Notes: generated by a model from the letters alone, not told the origin. A DNA stretch of 64,000 bases from an uncultured virus (IMG/VR IMGVR_UViG_3300028571_000012) (IMGVR_UViG_3300028571_000012); one strand, 5' to 3'; positions 42,476 to 53,459 are shown, counted from the first letter of the stretch. Program-made: numbers and translations.

Positions 42476-42862
42476 GTAATAAATGTGATTTGGTTTTACA
42501 GTTCGGTTTGTTTAAAAAAGGTTAACTTTTTATATTTGATTTCACTGTACAAAAATCAATGTCACCATGATCTTTCCAACCGCTTCCTGCAACCCATATG
42601 TCAACTTCAAAGTATGGATCATCTGGAAACATCTTGGACTCTTGAACATTCGTTACGCGGTAAAGCTCGGAGTCGCTCATAAAAATATCTCCTACTGATA
42701 TGTTATTCATGTCGTTATTGTAACTAGGTTCCTTTTACAGCGATGATCTTCTCTACCATCTCGTTCAAATCATCTATCGAGAATTCTACCCACTGGATAC
42801 CTTCACAGTAACTTAAGATGATGTCTTTGATTTCTTCTTTCTTTTGTTTTTCTTGTGTGGAC

Positions 42863-42940
42863 ATAATGTTGTGGTGTTTCCTTACAGGACTATTCTACCA
42901 TAAAAATCAGCAGTTGTATACAACTTTTTTCGACAAAATG
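42863..42940 (-). promoter_or_regulatory. early promoter/leader cassette (repeat copy, -35 variant TATACA)
   Basis: Near-identical to 26461-26535. Confidence 0.75.
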
Positions 42941-43313
42941 GCATATGTTTAGACCTAAGGTCTAAATCACTCTGCACTTAACTTGTAATTTGGCAACGCC
43001 GTTGCGTCACCATTAGTCAAAAAATATTCCACGGTTGCCGCAACCGCCAATGCATAAACACGATCTCTAATGTCATATGCCTGACCGTTTGTGTAGGCCT
43101 GAGCTTCCTGCAACAATACGTCCTGGTTTGGATCAAAAACAGCAAATGTTTTCATTCTAGGACTTTTGAAAATTTCACGAGATATTTCTTGGTTATAACC
43201 AATTTCTTCAATTCTTCTAGAAAACATCCAGCCACAACTTTCACTTAGTTGTCGTTTCCGGAAACCGCCGTCATTGTCCGTAGTATCAGTTTGTTTATCA
43301 TTCATAGCTTTAT

Positions 43314-43745
43314 TTATTCGTAGATGTGCACGTCCATCCACATTGGCATTGTTTCTGCCATTTGTTTGAGTTTGGCGTGGCTTTTTACATATACATCAAA
43401 CACATACCCACGACCGCCTGCGGCCTTTTTGGAATTTACTGCGGATCCTCGGTCTTGCACAATAAAGTTTCCGTTCCCAATTTTGCCTTTAAGACGTGGA
43501 ATTGAAATGGCAGATCCAAATTTAAAATTTGTATGAGCAGCCACAGTCACTCCTTCGGTTGCACATTTTGTTTTTGGATCGGCAACACGCACTCCATATT
43601 TTTTATCGGCCGTATAGTATGTAATGCGAGCCTTTATTTTTTTATATTTTCTCTTTTGTTCGGTGCCTTGAAGAATGTCAAGTGACAGTCCAGCAAAAAC
43701 AGCAGACAGTGTACCAATAAATTTTCTTGTTGTATAGTTTTTCAT
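43314..43745 (-). CDS. 3D-domain putative lytic transglycosylase
   Basis: ITYY, TVAA...FG..I.IP, VQDRGSAV, FDVYV; hydrophobic N-terminus. Confidence 0.65.
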   Translation of the reverse strand: MKNYTTRKFIGTLSAVFAGLSLDILQGTEQKRKYKKIKARITYYTADKKYGVRVADPKTKCATEGVTVAAHTNFKFGSAISIPRLKGKIGNGNFIVQDRGSAVNSKKAAGGRGYVFDVYVKSHAKLKQMAETMPMWMDVHIYE

Positions 43746-43948
43746 ATTATTTTATTGTCTCTCTGGATATGGCGGAGGAACTATTTCCTGAATCCATTCG
43801 TCCACGTGATCAAAGTGCCAGCACGGTTCCTGTCCCGGAATGTAAAATCCTCGGCCTGAAGCACACACAGCAACCACATTGTATCGGCATTCAACACTTA
43901 CAAGCCAAAGCGAATTTGGCTTTGGGATAAAAGATTGTTCTTCCTTGC

Positions 43949-44767
43949 TCATTGTTTTGTTTTTATTGTTTCGTATGCCTGAATAATATCTTTTCTGGAA
44001 ATACTGCTAAAGCTTAAGTTTACATTATCCAAAAAAGAAAAATCCAAATTTTCAAACGCGTTCATATTATTCTTATCATGCACTTTAACAAACCAATGGC
44101 TTCCGCCGGTAATGGTTTTAATATCGCGCAATTCAAAATTACCAACCTGCGGAATCGAAAAATCAAAATTTGATTTTATTTCCTCAAATTCTTCTTTGGA
44201 AATTTTTGACATATGAGCATGTCTTAGAAGAAAATCACAGTGACTAATTTTTCTATTTTCAAATTTTCTAAAAGTATCTCTCTTTTCCCAAATTTGAAAA
44301 ACACATTTTATTTTTATTTCCTTTCCAGCAGGACAAACAAATTCATCACAATCAAACTGGTCAACAAGATGAAATGATTTATCGATTCGATCGTAAAATG
44401 TTTCTTTTTTAAATGTCCGAGGCAAAATGAATGCAATGACTCTGCTGAATTTTGCAGCATGGTTAATAAACTTGGTTGCAATCTGAGCTCTTCTTCCAAA
44501 TGGAGGATTGCCAATACAAAGAACATTTGTACGGTTTGAATAATCCCACAAAAAGAAATCCGATCGAATAACAGAATTATGCAACGGTTCAATATCCAAT
44601 CCTATTGTTTTATTGGCATCGAGTAAACTATAAAATGAACCGTTGCCGGCCGATGGTTCTAGTAATAAAGAAAACGAATCCAAATCATAGTGTTGTTTTA
44701 CACGATCAACGCATCGCCGAGCCAATTCTGGTTTTGTAAAATATTGTTCTTTTATTATTGTTCTCAT
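43949..44767 (-). CDS. amino (N6A/N4C) DNA methyltransferase
   Basis: QYFT, LEPSAGNGSF, GNPPFG, FILP. Confidence 0.85.
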   Translation of the reverse strand: MRTIIKEQYFTKPELARRCVDRVKQHYDLDSFSLLLEPSAGNGSFYSLLDANKTIGLDIEPLHNSVIRSDFFLWDYSNRTNVLCIGNPPFGRRAQIATKFINHAAKFSRVIAFILPRTFKKETFYDRIDKSFHLVDQFDCDEFVCPAGKEIKIKCVFQIWEKRDTFRKFENRKISHCDFLLRHAHMSKISKEEFEEIKSNFDFSIPQVGNFELRDIKTITGGSHWFVKVHDKNNMNAFENLDFSFLDNVNLSFSSISRKDIIQAYETIKTKQ

Positions 44768-45147
44768 TTAGATACTGTGTTCATAGTGTCCAATAGGATG
44801 TCAATATGCCGAGTAATAAGCAAGAAAGAAATACCGCAACACTTGCAAAGCAAATGACAAATACAATAATTTTAATAAACGGTTTCATACGTTGTAAGTT
44901 TATTGATAGCGCCGAACAAGTGGGTGAACATTTGAGGTGTCATTAAACTTAATGTGTTTATGCCAACCTCTTACGCATTCTCCATTACTGTTGTAAAAAT
45001 GAGAAATTCTGCCGTGTGTTGAATCAATTACATTGTTGGTAACACGCATCGCGCTATAAAGTTTTTGCGAATAGTTTTGCTTGTAAAAAATACGATAGTA
45101 CATTTTCCAAAGCGATGTCCGAATTAGTCCGATTGTTGGTTTCATAA

Positions 45148-45819
45148 TTATTTTGCGATTTTAAGATCTTTTACATTCACTCCAAACTTGGCAGCAATCA
45201 TGTCAAGTGTAAGCACCACTTCAGTTGCCGTCGCTGCTAAAAATTCTGCTTCGGACAGATGTTTCCAATTTAAATACCAAAGCTTGTCTTGATTCGCCCA
45301 TTCGATTGCGGGACCATCGGTGCGATGCCGCTGTCCGTTCAACCACCATTCCTTGGTGCCATCCGCACCGACGAAGGCGGGGCCTTCGTCGCGGTGAATT
45401 TTTCCATTCACATACCAAAGCTTGTCTTGATTCGCGCGTTCGATTGCGGGACCATCGGTGCGATGCCGCTGTCCGTTCAACCACCATTCCTTGGTGCCAT
45501 CCGCACCGACGTATGCGGGGCCTTCGTCGCGGTGAATTTTTCCGTTCACATACCAATGCTTGTCTTGATTCGCGCGTTCGATTGCGGGACCATCGGTGCG
45601 ATGCCGCTGTCCGTTCAACCACCATTCCTTGGTGCCATCCGCCGCGACGTATGCGGGGCCTTCGTCGCGGTGAATTTTTCCATTCACATACCAAAGCTTG
45701 TCCTCCGGATTCGCGCGTTCGATTGCGGGACCATCGGTGCGGTGAAGTGTCTTCATAGCCGCATCACTGTAATAATAGCGGCTGCCATATTCGTCGATTT
45801 TAATATATATTGGTTTCAT
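45148..45819 (-). CDS. HRxDGPA (MORN-like) tandem-repeat protein
   Basis: Repeated HRTDGPAIE..WYVNGKIHRDEGPA..WWLNG units. Confidence 0.8.
   Translation of the reverse strand: MKPIYIKIDEYGSRYYYSDAAMKTLHRTDGPAIERANPEDKLWYVNGKIHRDEGPAYVAADGTKEWWLNGQRHRTDGPAIERANQDKHWYVNGKIHRDEGPAYVGADGTKEWWLNGQRHRTDGPAIERANQDKLWYVNGKIHRDEGPAFVGADGTKEWWLNGQRHRTDGPAIEWANQDKLWYLNWKHLSEAEFLAATATEVVLTLDMIAAKFGVNVKDLKIAK
45276..45742. repeat. 138-bp tandem repeat, about 3.4 copies
   Basis: CGATTGCGGGACCATCGGTGCG at 45303, 45441, 45579, 45720. Confidence 0.95.
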
Positions 45820-46250
45820 AGTGTAGTGTTTTGTGAATATTGAAAATTAGGATCATAAGACATCACTCTACCACTTTTTCCGCATCGGCTATGCAAAATA
45901 TGCCAAACGCAGCAAGTATTGTCAGATCTTCGATAAGAAGGCTGGCTCCACGACCAGGAACTGCATCAATCCAGGCCTGAGTTTTGCGATTTTGGTCAAT
46001 GACCCAGTCTCGAAGAGCGAGTTGATCAGCGGTAAATGTAGTAACGTCAATGTGCACAAGAACATTATACCACATTTTTGCCGTTTGTAAACAAAAAAGT
46101 GATATCGTGCCTCAACCACCATAAGGTAAAAACATCCGAGCACACATGGCATGCCCAACACAATTTCAACAATGTCTAGACTCATATTGGAAACTTGTTC
46201 GGAACTCAAATAATCCTACTTTTCACAAAAATCTTTTAACCTTTGGCGGA

Positions 46251-46799
46251 TTATTTGGATTGTGCTTTTACAAATGCATTAAAAGCATCTGTATCATTAG
46301 CAATAGTGTGTGCAAGTGATAGGAGAAATTTTGCAGATACTTCAGAATCCAATTTGGAGCGAACGGTATTAATATCTCCAAGGGAAGCTCCCATTGAACG
46401 CATTACTGTTGATAGTGCAGACAGTTGGTCGGATGATGCTTCAACAAATTTTATTGGGCCTCCTGTCAAACTTGCTCGCAATTGCGATGTCGGTCGATCG
46501 GCACCACGAAATGCTTTAGTATCTCCTTTTTGAGCAAGATGTAATGGCAACCGAATGGAGGATAGCAAAATGGAACGACTACCAGGTGTGCCTCCTACAT
46601 ACAGTTTTCCATCTTTTTCAAAAACTTTTTCACGAAAAGTGAGTGGACCATTGTACCATTCAACAGTATCTCCCGCTTGTACATCAGAATGTTTGATTGG
46701 CTTTGGCTCATTTTGTTCAACAAGGTTGTTGTCTCTTGAAAGGACACTTTGACTTGCTTGGACCAACTTATCGTTAAAATATTCTGTAAATGGTTTCAT
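46251..46799 (-). CDS. late protein, probable internal head protein
   Basis: N-terminal leader shared with 46830-48353 and 56037-56498, ending LVE. Confidence 0.55.
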   Translation of the reverse strand: MKPFTEYFNDKLVQASQSVLSRDNNLVEQNEPKPIKHSDVQAGDTVEWYNGPLTFREKVFEKDGKLYVGGTPGSRSILLSSIRLPLHLAQKGDTKAFRGADRPTSQLRASLTGGPIKFVEASSDQLSALSTVMRSMGASLGDINTVRSKLDSEVSAKFLLSLAHTIANDTDAFNAFVKAQSK

Positions 46800-46829
46800 A
46801 TGGTATTGTTGTTAAGACTTATAAAATGA

Positions 46830-48353
46830 TTAACGGTCAACATATCCTTTGGTAAGAAGATTTTCAAGGTCGTCACGAATATCCTCTGGTGTCTTATTAC
46901 CATCTCCTTCAATATAATCATTAAAATCGTTTTCATACCATTCGGCAAATATTTGTGTTCCTAATAGTCGAAAAACCTTTTCCAAAACACTTTTTGATAT
47001 GGTTTCCTCGGATAGTGACCCTTCATCCAATTTATATTCATCCGGCTTGAGTGTCAGATTGTGCACCATACGCCCTTTACTATCATTCTTTCGATATTGC
47101 GCATTAATACGGCCATCATCAAATTTATGAAAAATATCAACTTGTTTGCCATCCATAAAATGACCAGACTTGGTAATAGTCGCGGTACCCATTTTGAATG
47201 AATATGGAGCTTCATGGAGTTCCATTTCATCAAAATCATAAATATACTCAACAACATCAGGATCATTCATTGCTTTATTTTTCTCGGCCCAAGCTTTAAA
47301 ATTACTTGTTGTAGTTTTTACCAAGGAAGTATTACCCATTTTTTGTGCGTGGCGAATGGCATTAATAAATGTATATTTTGTTTCGGGACCTGCTTCATCA
47401 ATTTCTTTTTTATCGGAATTATGCGATTGCATAAATTCGGTAACACTTACAATACCATCCTCAGCAACAGCAATTTCACTTTGCGCCCATTCAGGAAATT
47501 CGCGATCATCTTCAATCATTTGGAGACAAGTGTTGGAATTGCGAACAATTGTTTGAAGTTGATTTTTAATCATCTTTTGTGAATAAAAACCTTCTTTCAT
47601 ACCTTCCTCAATTTCAAAGAAAGAGAGTACATCCTTAAGATTGCCTTGCGCCTTAAATGAACCACCATCTTTAATTGTTAACCATGAACCACCGCCTTTG
47701 CGTTGAAGAATCCAATCTCCCGCCCACTTACCATCGGCACGTCTACCGTAAATATCAGTTACAACATCCCAAGTGCTGTCACTCAATTTTTGTGTGACAC
47801 TTTTAATGGTAGAATTTACCGCAGTATGAATTTCATCGTCACTCATTAATCCATTAAGCTGTTTAAAACCTATATTGCTAAATGCGACATTATCCTCTGT
47901 AAAAGTATGCTCTTTAAGTTTAAATTCACCTAAAGCTGAATCTAAGGATTTGTGAACTTTACTTACCGTGGTAGAATTTGGATTAATTGTCATCCAACTT
48001 CCAACCATTGCAGTCTTGGTACCAGACCAGGCGCTGTCATTGTTGTATAAAATAAAACCAACCGAATCAGAATTTCGCCTTTTACCATAAACATCAGCGT
48101 TTTTCAGGGTCTTTAAGTCTATTTTGTCATTATTAGGAATCTCTGAATTAATAATGCTTAAAAGTTTTTCATCGCTGATATACGCTTGATATTTGTCACT
48201 TTTTAAAGTTTTCCAATCTTCTGCTTTCAATTTAGGATCATGTGGTGTCGAATTACTTGTCGCAATGACATTATCCTCTGTAAGTTGTTGCCCTTGGAGA
48301 ACTGATGCGGCCGCTGCATATAATGGATCTTGATTGTAGTGAAATGGTTTCAT
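46830..48353 (-). CDS. late multi-module protein, probable internal head (poly)protein
   Basis: TATAAATA 48363-48370; leader ending LTE; internal hydrophobic-x-E sites between modules. Confidence 0.55.
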   Translation of the reverse strand: MKPFHYNQDPLYAAAASVLQGQQLTEDNVIATSNSTPHDPKLKAEDWKTLKSDKYQAYISDEKLLSIINSEIPNNDKIDLKTLKNADVYGKRRNSDSVGFILYNNDSAWSGTKTAMVGSWMTINPNSTTVSKVHKSLDSALGEFKLKEHTFTEDNVAFSNIGFKQLNGLMSDDEIHTAVNSTIKSVTQKLSDSTWDVVTDIYGRRADGKWAGDWILQRKGGGSWLTIKDGGSFKAQGNLKDVLSFFEIEEGMKEGFYSQKMIKNQLQTIVRNSNTCLQMIEDDREFPEWAQSEIAVAEDGIVSVTEFMQSHNSDKKEIDEAGPETKYTFINAIRHAQKMGNTSLVKTTTSNFKAWAEKNKAMNDPDVVEYIYDFDEMELHEAPYSFKMGTATITKSGHFMDGKQVDIFHKFDDGRINAQYRKNDSKGRMVHNLTLKPDEYKLDEGSLSEETISKSVLEKVFRLLGTQIFAEWYENDFNDYIEGDGNKTPEDIRDDLENLLTKGYVDR

Positions 48354-48375
48354 ATGTATTGTTATTTATACAAAA

Positions 48376-49182
48376 TTATTTTTTAACCCATACTGTAGGA
48401 CGACCGTTCCAAAATTTTGTTTGCACAAGAGAATAACCATGATTTCTCAAACATTGATTAAATTTTCTCGAAATTGCTTTTGGGCTATAATCAACACCAC
48501 GATCTTTGTAAACATCAAAATGGCCTACGCTTTTACTACCAAATGCATTGGCAATAACAAGTGCTTTTGGAGTTGCTTTTGCCAATACTTCTTCCAGGTG
48601 TTCAATTGGAGCTTCCCAATGTTCAAAATATTCACTTGCAAAAACAAGATCGGCATGCGATTCCAATCCTCCAATAATGCTGAATCCGTGTGCTGCTCCC
48701 ATATTGGTTGCAATACTGTATTGAGGTGAACCAGCAACTTGTGTACCAATTACATTTGCATTTGGATATGCTTCTTTCCATGCTGCAGTAGTATATGCAC
48801 AACCACAACCAATATCGGCAATGGATTGAATATCACCTAATGAGTCACGCAATGATCCGTGTTCTGTTTGCCCAGCTTTATCAAGCAATCCAATATATTT
48901 GCGGGAATACATGCACCAGCACGCCCATACTTCAACAAGCATATACGGATCATCATATACAGAATAATCAGGCTTGCCTGTTGCTAAAGAATCATACCAA
49001 CGCGATTCAATTTCTTGGTATTCGCGCAATTGTTCTCTTTGATTTTTTGAACCTTTGTAGTACAACAATGCATTGGACGCAAGTGTAAAAAACTTGTCTT
49101 TGTCAATGTCAATATATGCGCTGCACAGTTCTACAAAATTTTGTAAGTCCTCTGTTTTAAATTTATCAAGTGTTTTCTTCAT
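48376..49182 (-). CDS. class I SAM-dependent methyltransferase
   Basis: DIGCG motif I, FASEYFEH. Confidence 0.7.
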   Translation of the reverse strand: MKKTLDKFKTEDLQNFVELCSAYIDIDKDKFFTLASNALLYYKGSKNQREQLREYQEIESRWYDSLATGKPDYSVYDDPYMLVEVWACWCMYSRKYIGLLDKAGQTEHGSLRDSLGDIQSIADIGCGCAYTTAAWKEAYPNANVIGTQVAGSPQYSIATNMGAAHGFSIIGGLESHADLVFASEYFEHWEAPIEHLEEVLAKATPKALVIANAFGSKSVGHFDVYKDRGVDYSPKAISRKFNQCLRNHGYSLVQTKFWNGRPTVWVKK

Positions 49183-49206
49183 GCAATAATATATATGTGC
49201 TTAAAA

Positions 49207-49293
49207 TGGTGCGTAAGACAGGACTCGAACCTGCAAGCCTCGTAGGCGCGGAATTTTAAGTTCCGAGTGTATCATCAATTCCACCACTTACGC
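49207..49293 (-). tRNA. tRNA-Leu(TAA), long variable arm
   Basis: CGGAA-CT TAA AA-TTCCG, GGTTCGAGTCC, CCA. Confidence 0.9.
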
Positions 49294-50011
49294 ATTAGAA
49301 AATTTATCGGTTGGTAAAACAATTTACCTGTAGGGACCGAAAGCTCCTGTAAGCGACACCACCACAGTGCCAAATTATTTCATAATATTTGCCAATGATT
49401 TTTCAAATTCTTCCACTTTGGGAAGTCGATTTGGCCAATAAATATAATCCTTTTCTTCGTTTTCTTTTAATCGTGATAACAAAGGAAGAATGGCGGCATA
49501 CAAAGCATCTGCTTTCTTTTTTTCACTTTCTGCGTTTTGTACAATTTCCAACTCACTTTCGTTTACAGCGGAAAATCCAAAGTCAAAATCGTAGTCAATA
49601 TTTTTCATGTATTAATGTCTTACCTATAATATGGGCTATTGCGACGGTAAGGCGGTCGCCAATATTCGTTAGGAATGTATGTATAAGTTGTATGGCAAGT
49701 TGAAAATCCCGTCGAGTGAATTCCAGGATAATAATACGGATCATAAGAAATGGTACAGCTTGAACTTATAAGCGCAAGTGCGCAAAACAATGTGATGTGT
49801 TTCATGCTTTTGTTTTTTTAAGTTGTGCTTTCATTTGCGCAAGCAACTTTTTCAATTCGGGAAGCAGATATTTTGGATCAACGGTATCAAACGGAAGAAC
49901 GTGAAACGGTCCGCGCGCATTTGGCTGACCGTAGGTTTCCATTCTTTTGGTGTGAAAAGCAATTGATTGCTCCATTGATTGAATATCGCTTTTTAAGATT
50001 TGCTTGTTGTT

Positions 50012-50078
50012 CATGTTGTGGTGTTTCCTTACAGGAACATTCTACCATATTTTGCGGAGGATGTAAACATCTTTTTTC
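50012..50078 (-). promoter_or_regulatory. early promoter/leader cassette (repeat copy)
   Basis: GTTTACA..TATGGTAGAAT..CCTGTAAGGAAACACCACAACATG. Confidence 0.8.
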
Positions 50079-50597
50079 ATTATTTTGAATCTTTTGTTGA
50101 TAGAATAATTCCGTACCAATACAAACACACGCACAAATACCATACGCCTATTGACGAACTGAATGTAAAATATACAACCGTGCCAGAAATTACCAAGGAT
50201 AGTAACAATGAAATCCATCCTGGCCATTCCATATCAACTTTGTCTTTTGAAAATGCCGCCAACGCACAACCTATTGAAGCAAGCGACAAATATATAACAG
50301 AAGCAATGAATAAAGTGATATTTCCTGTTTGTGCATAAACACACATGCCAACAAGGCATAGAAAATTGATTATTGTCACCATATGATGTATTGTTTTACA
50401 GTTTAAATATTGCGTTGTATGTTGATAGTTGCTGTGGGTTTTGAAGATCGCGAACTGAGGCATCGTCAAATCCCCCAACGGCCATTAGAAGGCCGAGGCC
50501 AAGAATCGTGAGAAAGATAAACAACAGTATGTTTGGTTGGTCTTGCATGTCAATATTCTACCATATTTTGCACGGTTTGTAAACAACTTTTTGCTGT

Positions 50598-51212
50598 TTA
50601 TTGCGGCACTGTACCGTAACCAAGCCGAGCTGCTTCCTTTGGTGATAAAGTGGCATACCATGATTTTTTTTGAACTAGTAATCCTGGCTTTCCTGTATAT
50701 TGGCAAGTGTTTTTACTGAGATATTCCGCGAACGCAATCATACCTTGAACGGTTTCATCTCCTCCATCAATATAGATTCTTAAACAACCAAACTTTTCCT
50801 TGAATTGGCCTATTTTTATTGCAGGCGGATTTGTATAAACATACAACTGTTGCTTATGGAGGAAATTTTGAATTTTTCCTGTAAGCCGTCTTACTTTTTT
50901 CCAGAAAATGTTTTTTGGATTGCAGTGCAAGCTTATTTTTCTGTTAAACTTTTGTATCAAATCATTGACAAAATTCATGAATTTTCTATTAGGATTTTTA
51001 ACGGCGCGTGATGTGTTTTGAATATAGTCAACAAATGATCCGAATAAATGATCAACAATAGTTTCCCATCCTTTGGGACAATCGTTGGCGCACCTTAAAG
51101 GCAAAAGTTTACCATCTGTACCAGTGTCAAAAAGACTTGGATATTTTTCAAATAATACTTGCTCAAAATCTTTCTTTGCAATTCTTTTCTTTGCTTGTTT
51201 TACTGTTTGCAT
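50598..51212 (-). CDS. conserved phage hypothetical protein (Q.KEKFG.LR.Y family)
   Basis: C.KGW..I, QFKEKFGCLRIY, AEYLS..TC..TG.PG; likely start MQTVKQ. Confidence 0.6.
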   Translation of the reverse strand: MQTVKQAKKRIAKKDFEQVLFEKYPSLFDTGTDGKLLPLRCANDCPKGWETIVDHLFGSFVDYIQNTSRAVKNPNRKFMNFVNDLIQKFNRKISLHCNPKNIFWKKVRRLTGKIQNFLHKQQLYVYTNPPAIKIGQFKEKFGCLRIYIDGGDETVQGMIAFAEYLSKNTCQYTGKPGLLVQKKSWYATLSPKEAARLGYGTVPQ

Positions 51213-51225
51213 AATGATATGTATA

Positions 51226-51543
51226 TTAGAGTTTTGGAAGTGATGTCCATAATGTCGGCTCGCGCAATTCACATACGCACCATCCAGCATCTGGGTGCCA
51301 TGAACAGATGCTCGCCAAATGACCAAGACCGTGTTGGTTTGGCGGACAATAGACAATAACTTCCGTTCCGTCCTTGGGAGCAGTTTCAATAGGTTTCCAA
51401 CAATTGTCATCTTGAATTTGTACCATCGTCCTGCCATAATCTGGACTCCAGCCTACATGACCTAATGTATGTTGTGCATTTTTATTCATAATTTTTTTAT
51501 TGTTATGTATCATGTCTTCTGGTGCGATGGTCGGCTTCGACAT
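51226..51543 (-). CDS. DUF551-like phage protein
   Basis: WKPIETAPKDGT, PTLW..LP. Confidence 0.6.
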   Translation of the reverse strand: MSKPTIAPEDMIHNNKKIMNKNAQHTLGHVGWSPDYGRTMVQIQDDNCWKPIETAPKDGTEVIVYCPPNQHGLGHLASICSWHPDAGWCVCELREPTLWTSLPKL

Positions 51544-51852
51544 AGCCGGGCAATTCGTTCAAAGAAAAAAGCCAGTCGGCATTTTTGAGCGGACAACGCT
51601 CTGGGACGATTCCTTGCTTCCACTCATTTACGACAAATGTTGAATAGTCAGTGTCATATTGCGCGTTCAGTTGCTGGGATAGTCCGCAGTATTTGTGCGC
51701 GTAGAACGGGCAGGTGCTGCAACTTGTAATGGAGAAGCTAATAGGACGGTCAGACTTAACAGGCGGGGCGGTATTAGTAAATGTTACAGTGTTTCGTTAC
51801 AGTTTATTGTACCATATTTTACGGGCAATGTAAACAAAAAGCGAAATATCAA

Positions 51853-52911
51853 CTATTTGTTCATATCATAGTTTTTGTTAATTACCTTGAATGAATTGGC
51901 AACATATTGCTTTGTCAGCACAATGTCATCAACAGAATGAGACAAACAATATGCACCATGATTGATTACAACACCTTCAAAAGCTTTGCCATCAATTTTC
52001 TTAAGACCAGTGGAATATTTGTCAATCAACGTTTGAGTCAGCACAACATTTTCTTCCAAGATTGGAACGTGAGGCAGTGACAGTGCATTTGCAACAATTG
52101 GAAAATAAAATGCATCACCTTTGCGTGCATATTTTCTTTCTTTGATGCGATACACACTGAAAATTGCCAATCCCGGATCGTCTTTTGAATGTGGATTTTC
52201 AGCAAATGCCTGAATGCCTTGACCATAAGATTCACCACGAATTGCCAATGAAACGCCGTGCTCTTTGCAATACGCGGTGAGCTTTTCACGAATGCCGTAT
52301 TTTTGGACATGAGCAGTGTATTTGTTATGAGCGTCATCTTTAAATTCAAGAGTTCGGCCGCATACGCCAAAGGTGTCAGATTCAATGTTGTAGTATGCAG
52401 TCCAAGATTGACCGTCAATTTTCAACGTGACATCTACAATTTCACCAAATGGTAGTGCACTTACCATATTTTCCCATCGCTCTTCATCAGTTTTAGGAAT
52501 GCCAAAAGGAAGCAAACCTTTAGCAGAAAGATCCTGCGGCAGTGGTGGTTCATAGTGAGTGATGCCTAAGGCATCGGACACATCACGACCTTCATCTTCA
52601 GGTTGAACACAATCGCCGTATTTCAGCATAATAGAATCCACTTGCTCAGGTTGTACAACAATACCTTCGCTCCATTCCCCGCGAAGCTTTACAGCTTTGA
52701 TGCGGCCTGGAGAATATTTGCGGTAGCCTTCGGCCCATTCAGCATCTTCAGGAAGAACTGAGTCAGGTTGAATGTAGATTACAAGATCACCTTCACGATG
52801 AAGGCCTCGTTCGGTTACACATTGATAGCCTAAAATTTTGACAAGATCAAGACGATCTGCATTTGGGTGAGAGACTACCGATTTAATTTTTTCAACTGAT
52901 GCGTTTTTCAT
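51853..52911 (-). CDS. RNA ligase, DRB0094/Rnl5 family
   Basis: N-terminal OB (HPNADRL, KLRG..SEG), PKTDEER, KIDGQS.T, GE..G.GIQ.N, EGVV, SFKVIN. Confidence 0.88.
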   Translation of the reverse strand: MKNASVEKIKSVVSHPNADRLDLVKILGYQCVTERGLHREGDLVIYIQPDSVLPEDAEWAEGYRKYSPGRIKAVKLRGEWSEGIVVQPEQVDSIMLKYGDCVQPEDEGRDVSDALGITHYEPPLPQDLSAKGLLPFGIPKTDEERWENMVSALPFGEIVDVTLKIDGQSWTAYYNIESDTFGVCGRTLEFKDDAHNKYTAHVQKYGIREKLTAYCKEHGVSLAIRGESYGQGIQAFAENPHSKDDPGLAIFSVYRIKERKYARKGDAFYFPIVANALSLPHVPILEENVVLTQTLIDKYSTGLKKIDGKAFEGVVINHGAYCLSHSVDDIVLTKQYVANSFKVINKNYDMNK

Positions 52912-53221
52912 AATGTAATTAGTTTATTCCAGCAATTTTCAATCTTGCGATTCCATTTTCATCCCAGTTTATCAGCTCGACGAGACCAATATTTCCATCT
53001 ACGGAAATTTCCGTGTATTAGGCGATTTTCATTTTTGATTGCTTGGGATAACTTTTCTCTCGTAGTCATTGACGCGATTCTATTAAAGTTCATTTTTTCG
53101 ACATGCATTTTTGGATGCACTCTTTTTCTTATTGGTAAAATATTTTGTAGGAGGCGCAATCTTATGGCGCACCAACGACCTAAGAGCAATTGGAGAATAA
53201 TCAAATGTGTTTTTAGTTGTC

Positions 53222-53296
53222 ATAATGTGGTGTTTCCTTACAGGACTATTCCACTATAAAATGCACCGTTTGTAAACAACTTTTTTCAACAAAATG
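53222..53296 (-). promoter_or_regulatory. early promoter/leader cassette (repeat copy)
   Basis: Near-identical to 26461-26535. Confidence 0.75.
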
Positions 53297-53371
53297 AAAA
53301 AGATTCAACCTATACAGGATAAGGGAAGCATCCACAATTACACATTGGAATTGACAATTGATTGAAAAGAA

Positions 53372-53459
53372 TGGCGGATGAAGTAGGTCCTGCCCCCAAA
53401 GCTCTTTCGAGCTCATACTGATTAGCAATCAGTTTCAGCGCTTCGCTGATTCATCATCC
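53372..53459 (-). tRNA. tRNA-Ser(GCT)
   Basis: ACTGA-TT GCT AA-TCAGT, long variable arm, CCA; atypical T loop. Confidence 0.8.

Noticed and set aside
45276..45742. 138-bp repeats as DGR template/variable repeats
   Set aside because: In-frame tandem coding repeats, differences not confined to adenines, no reverse transcriptase in window
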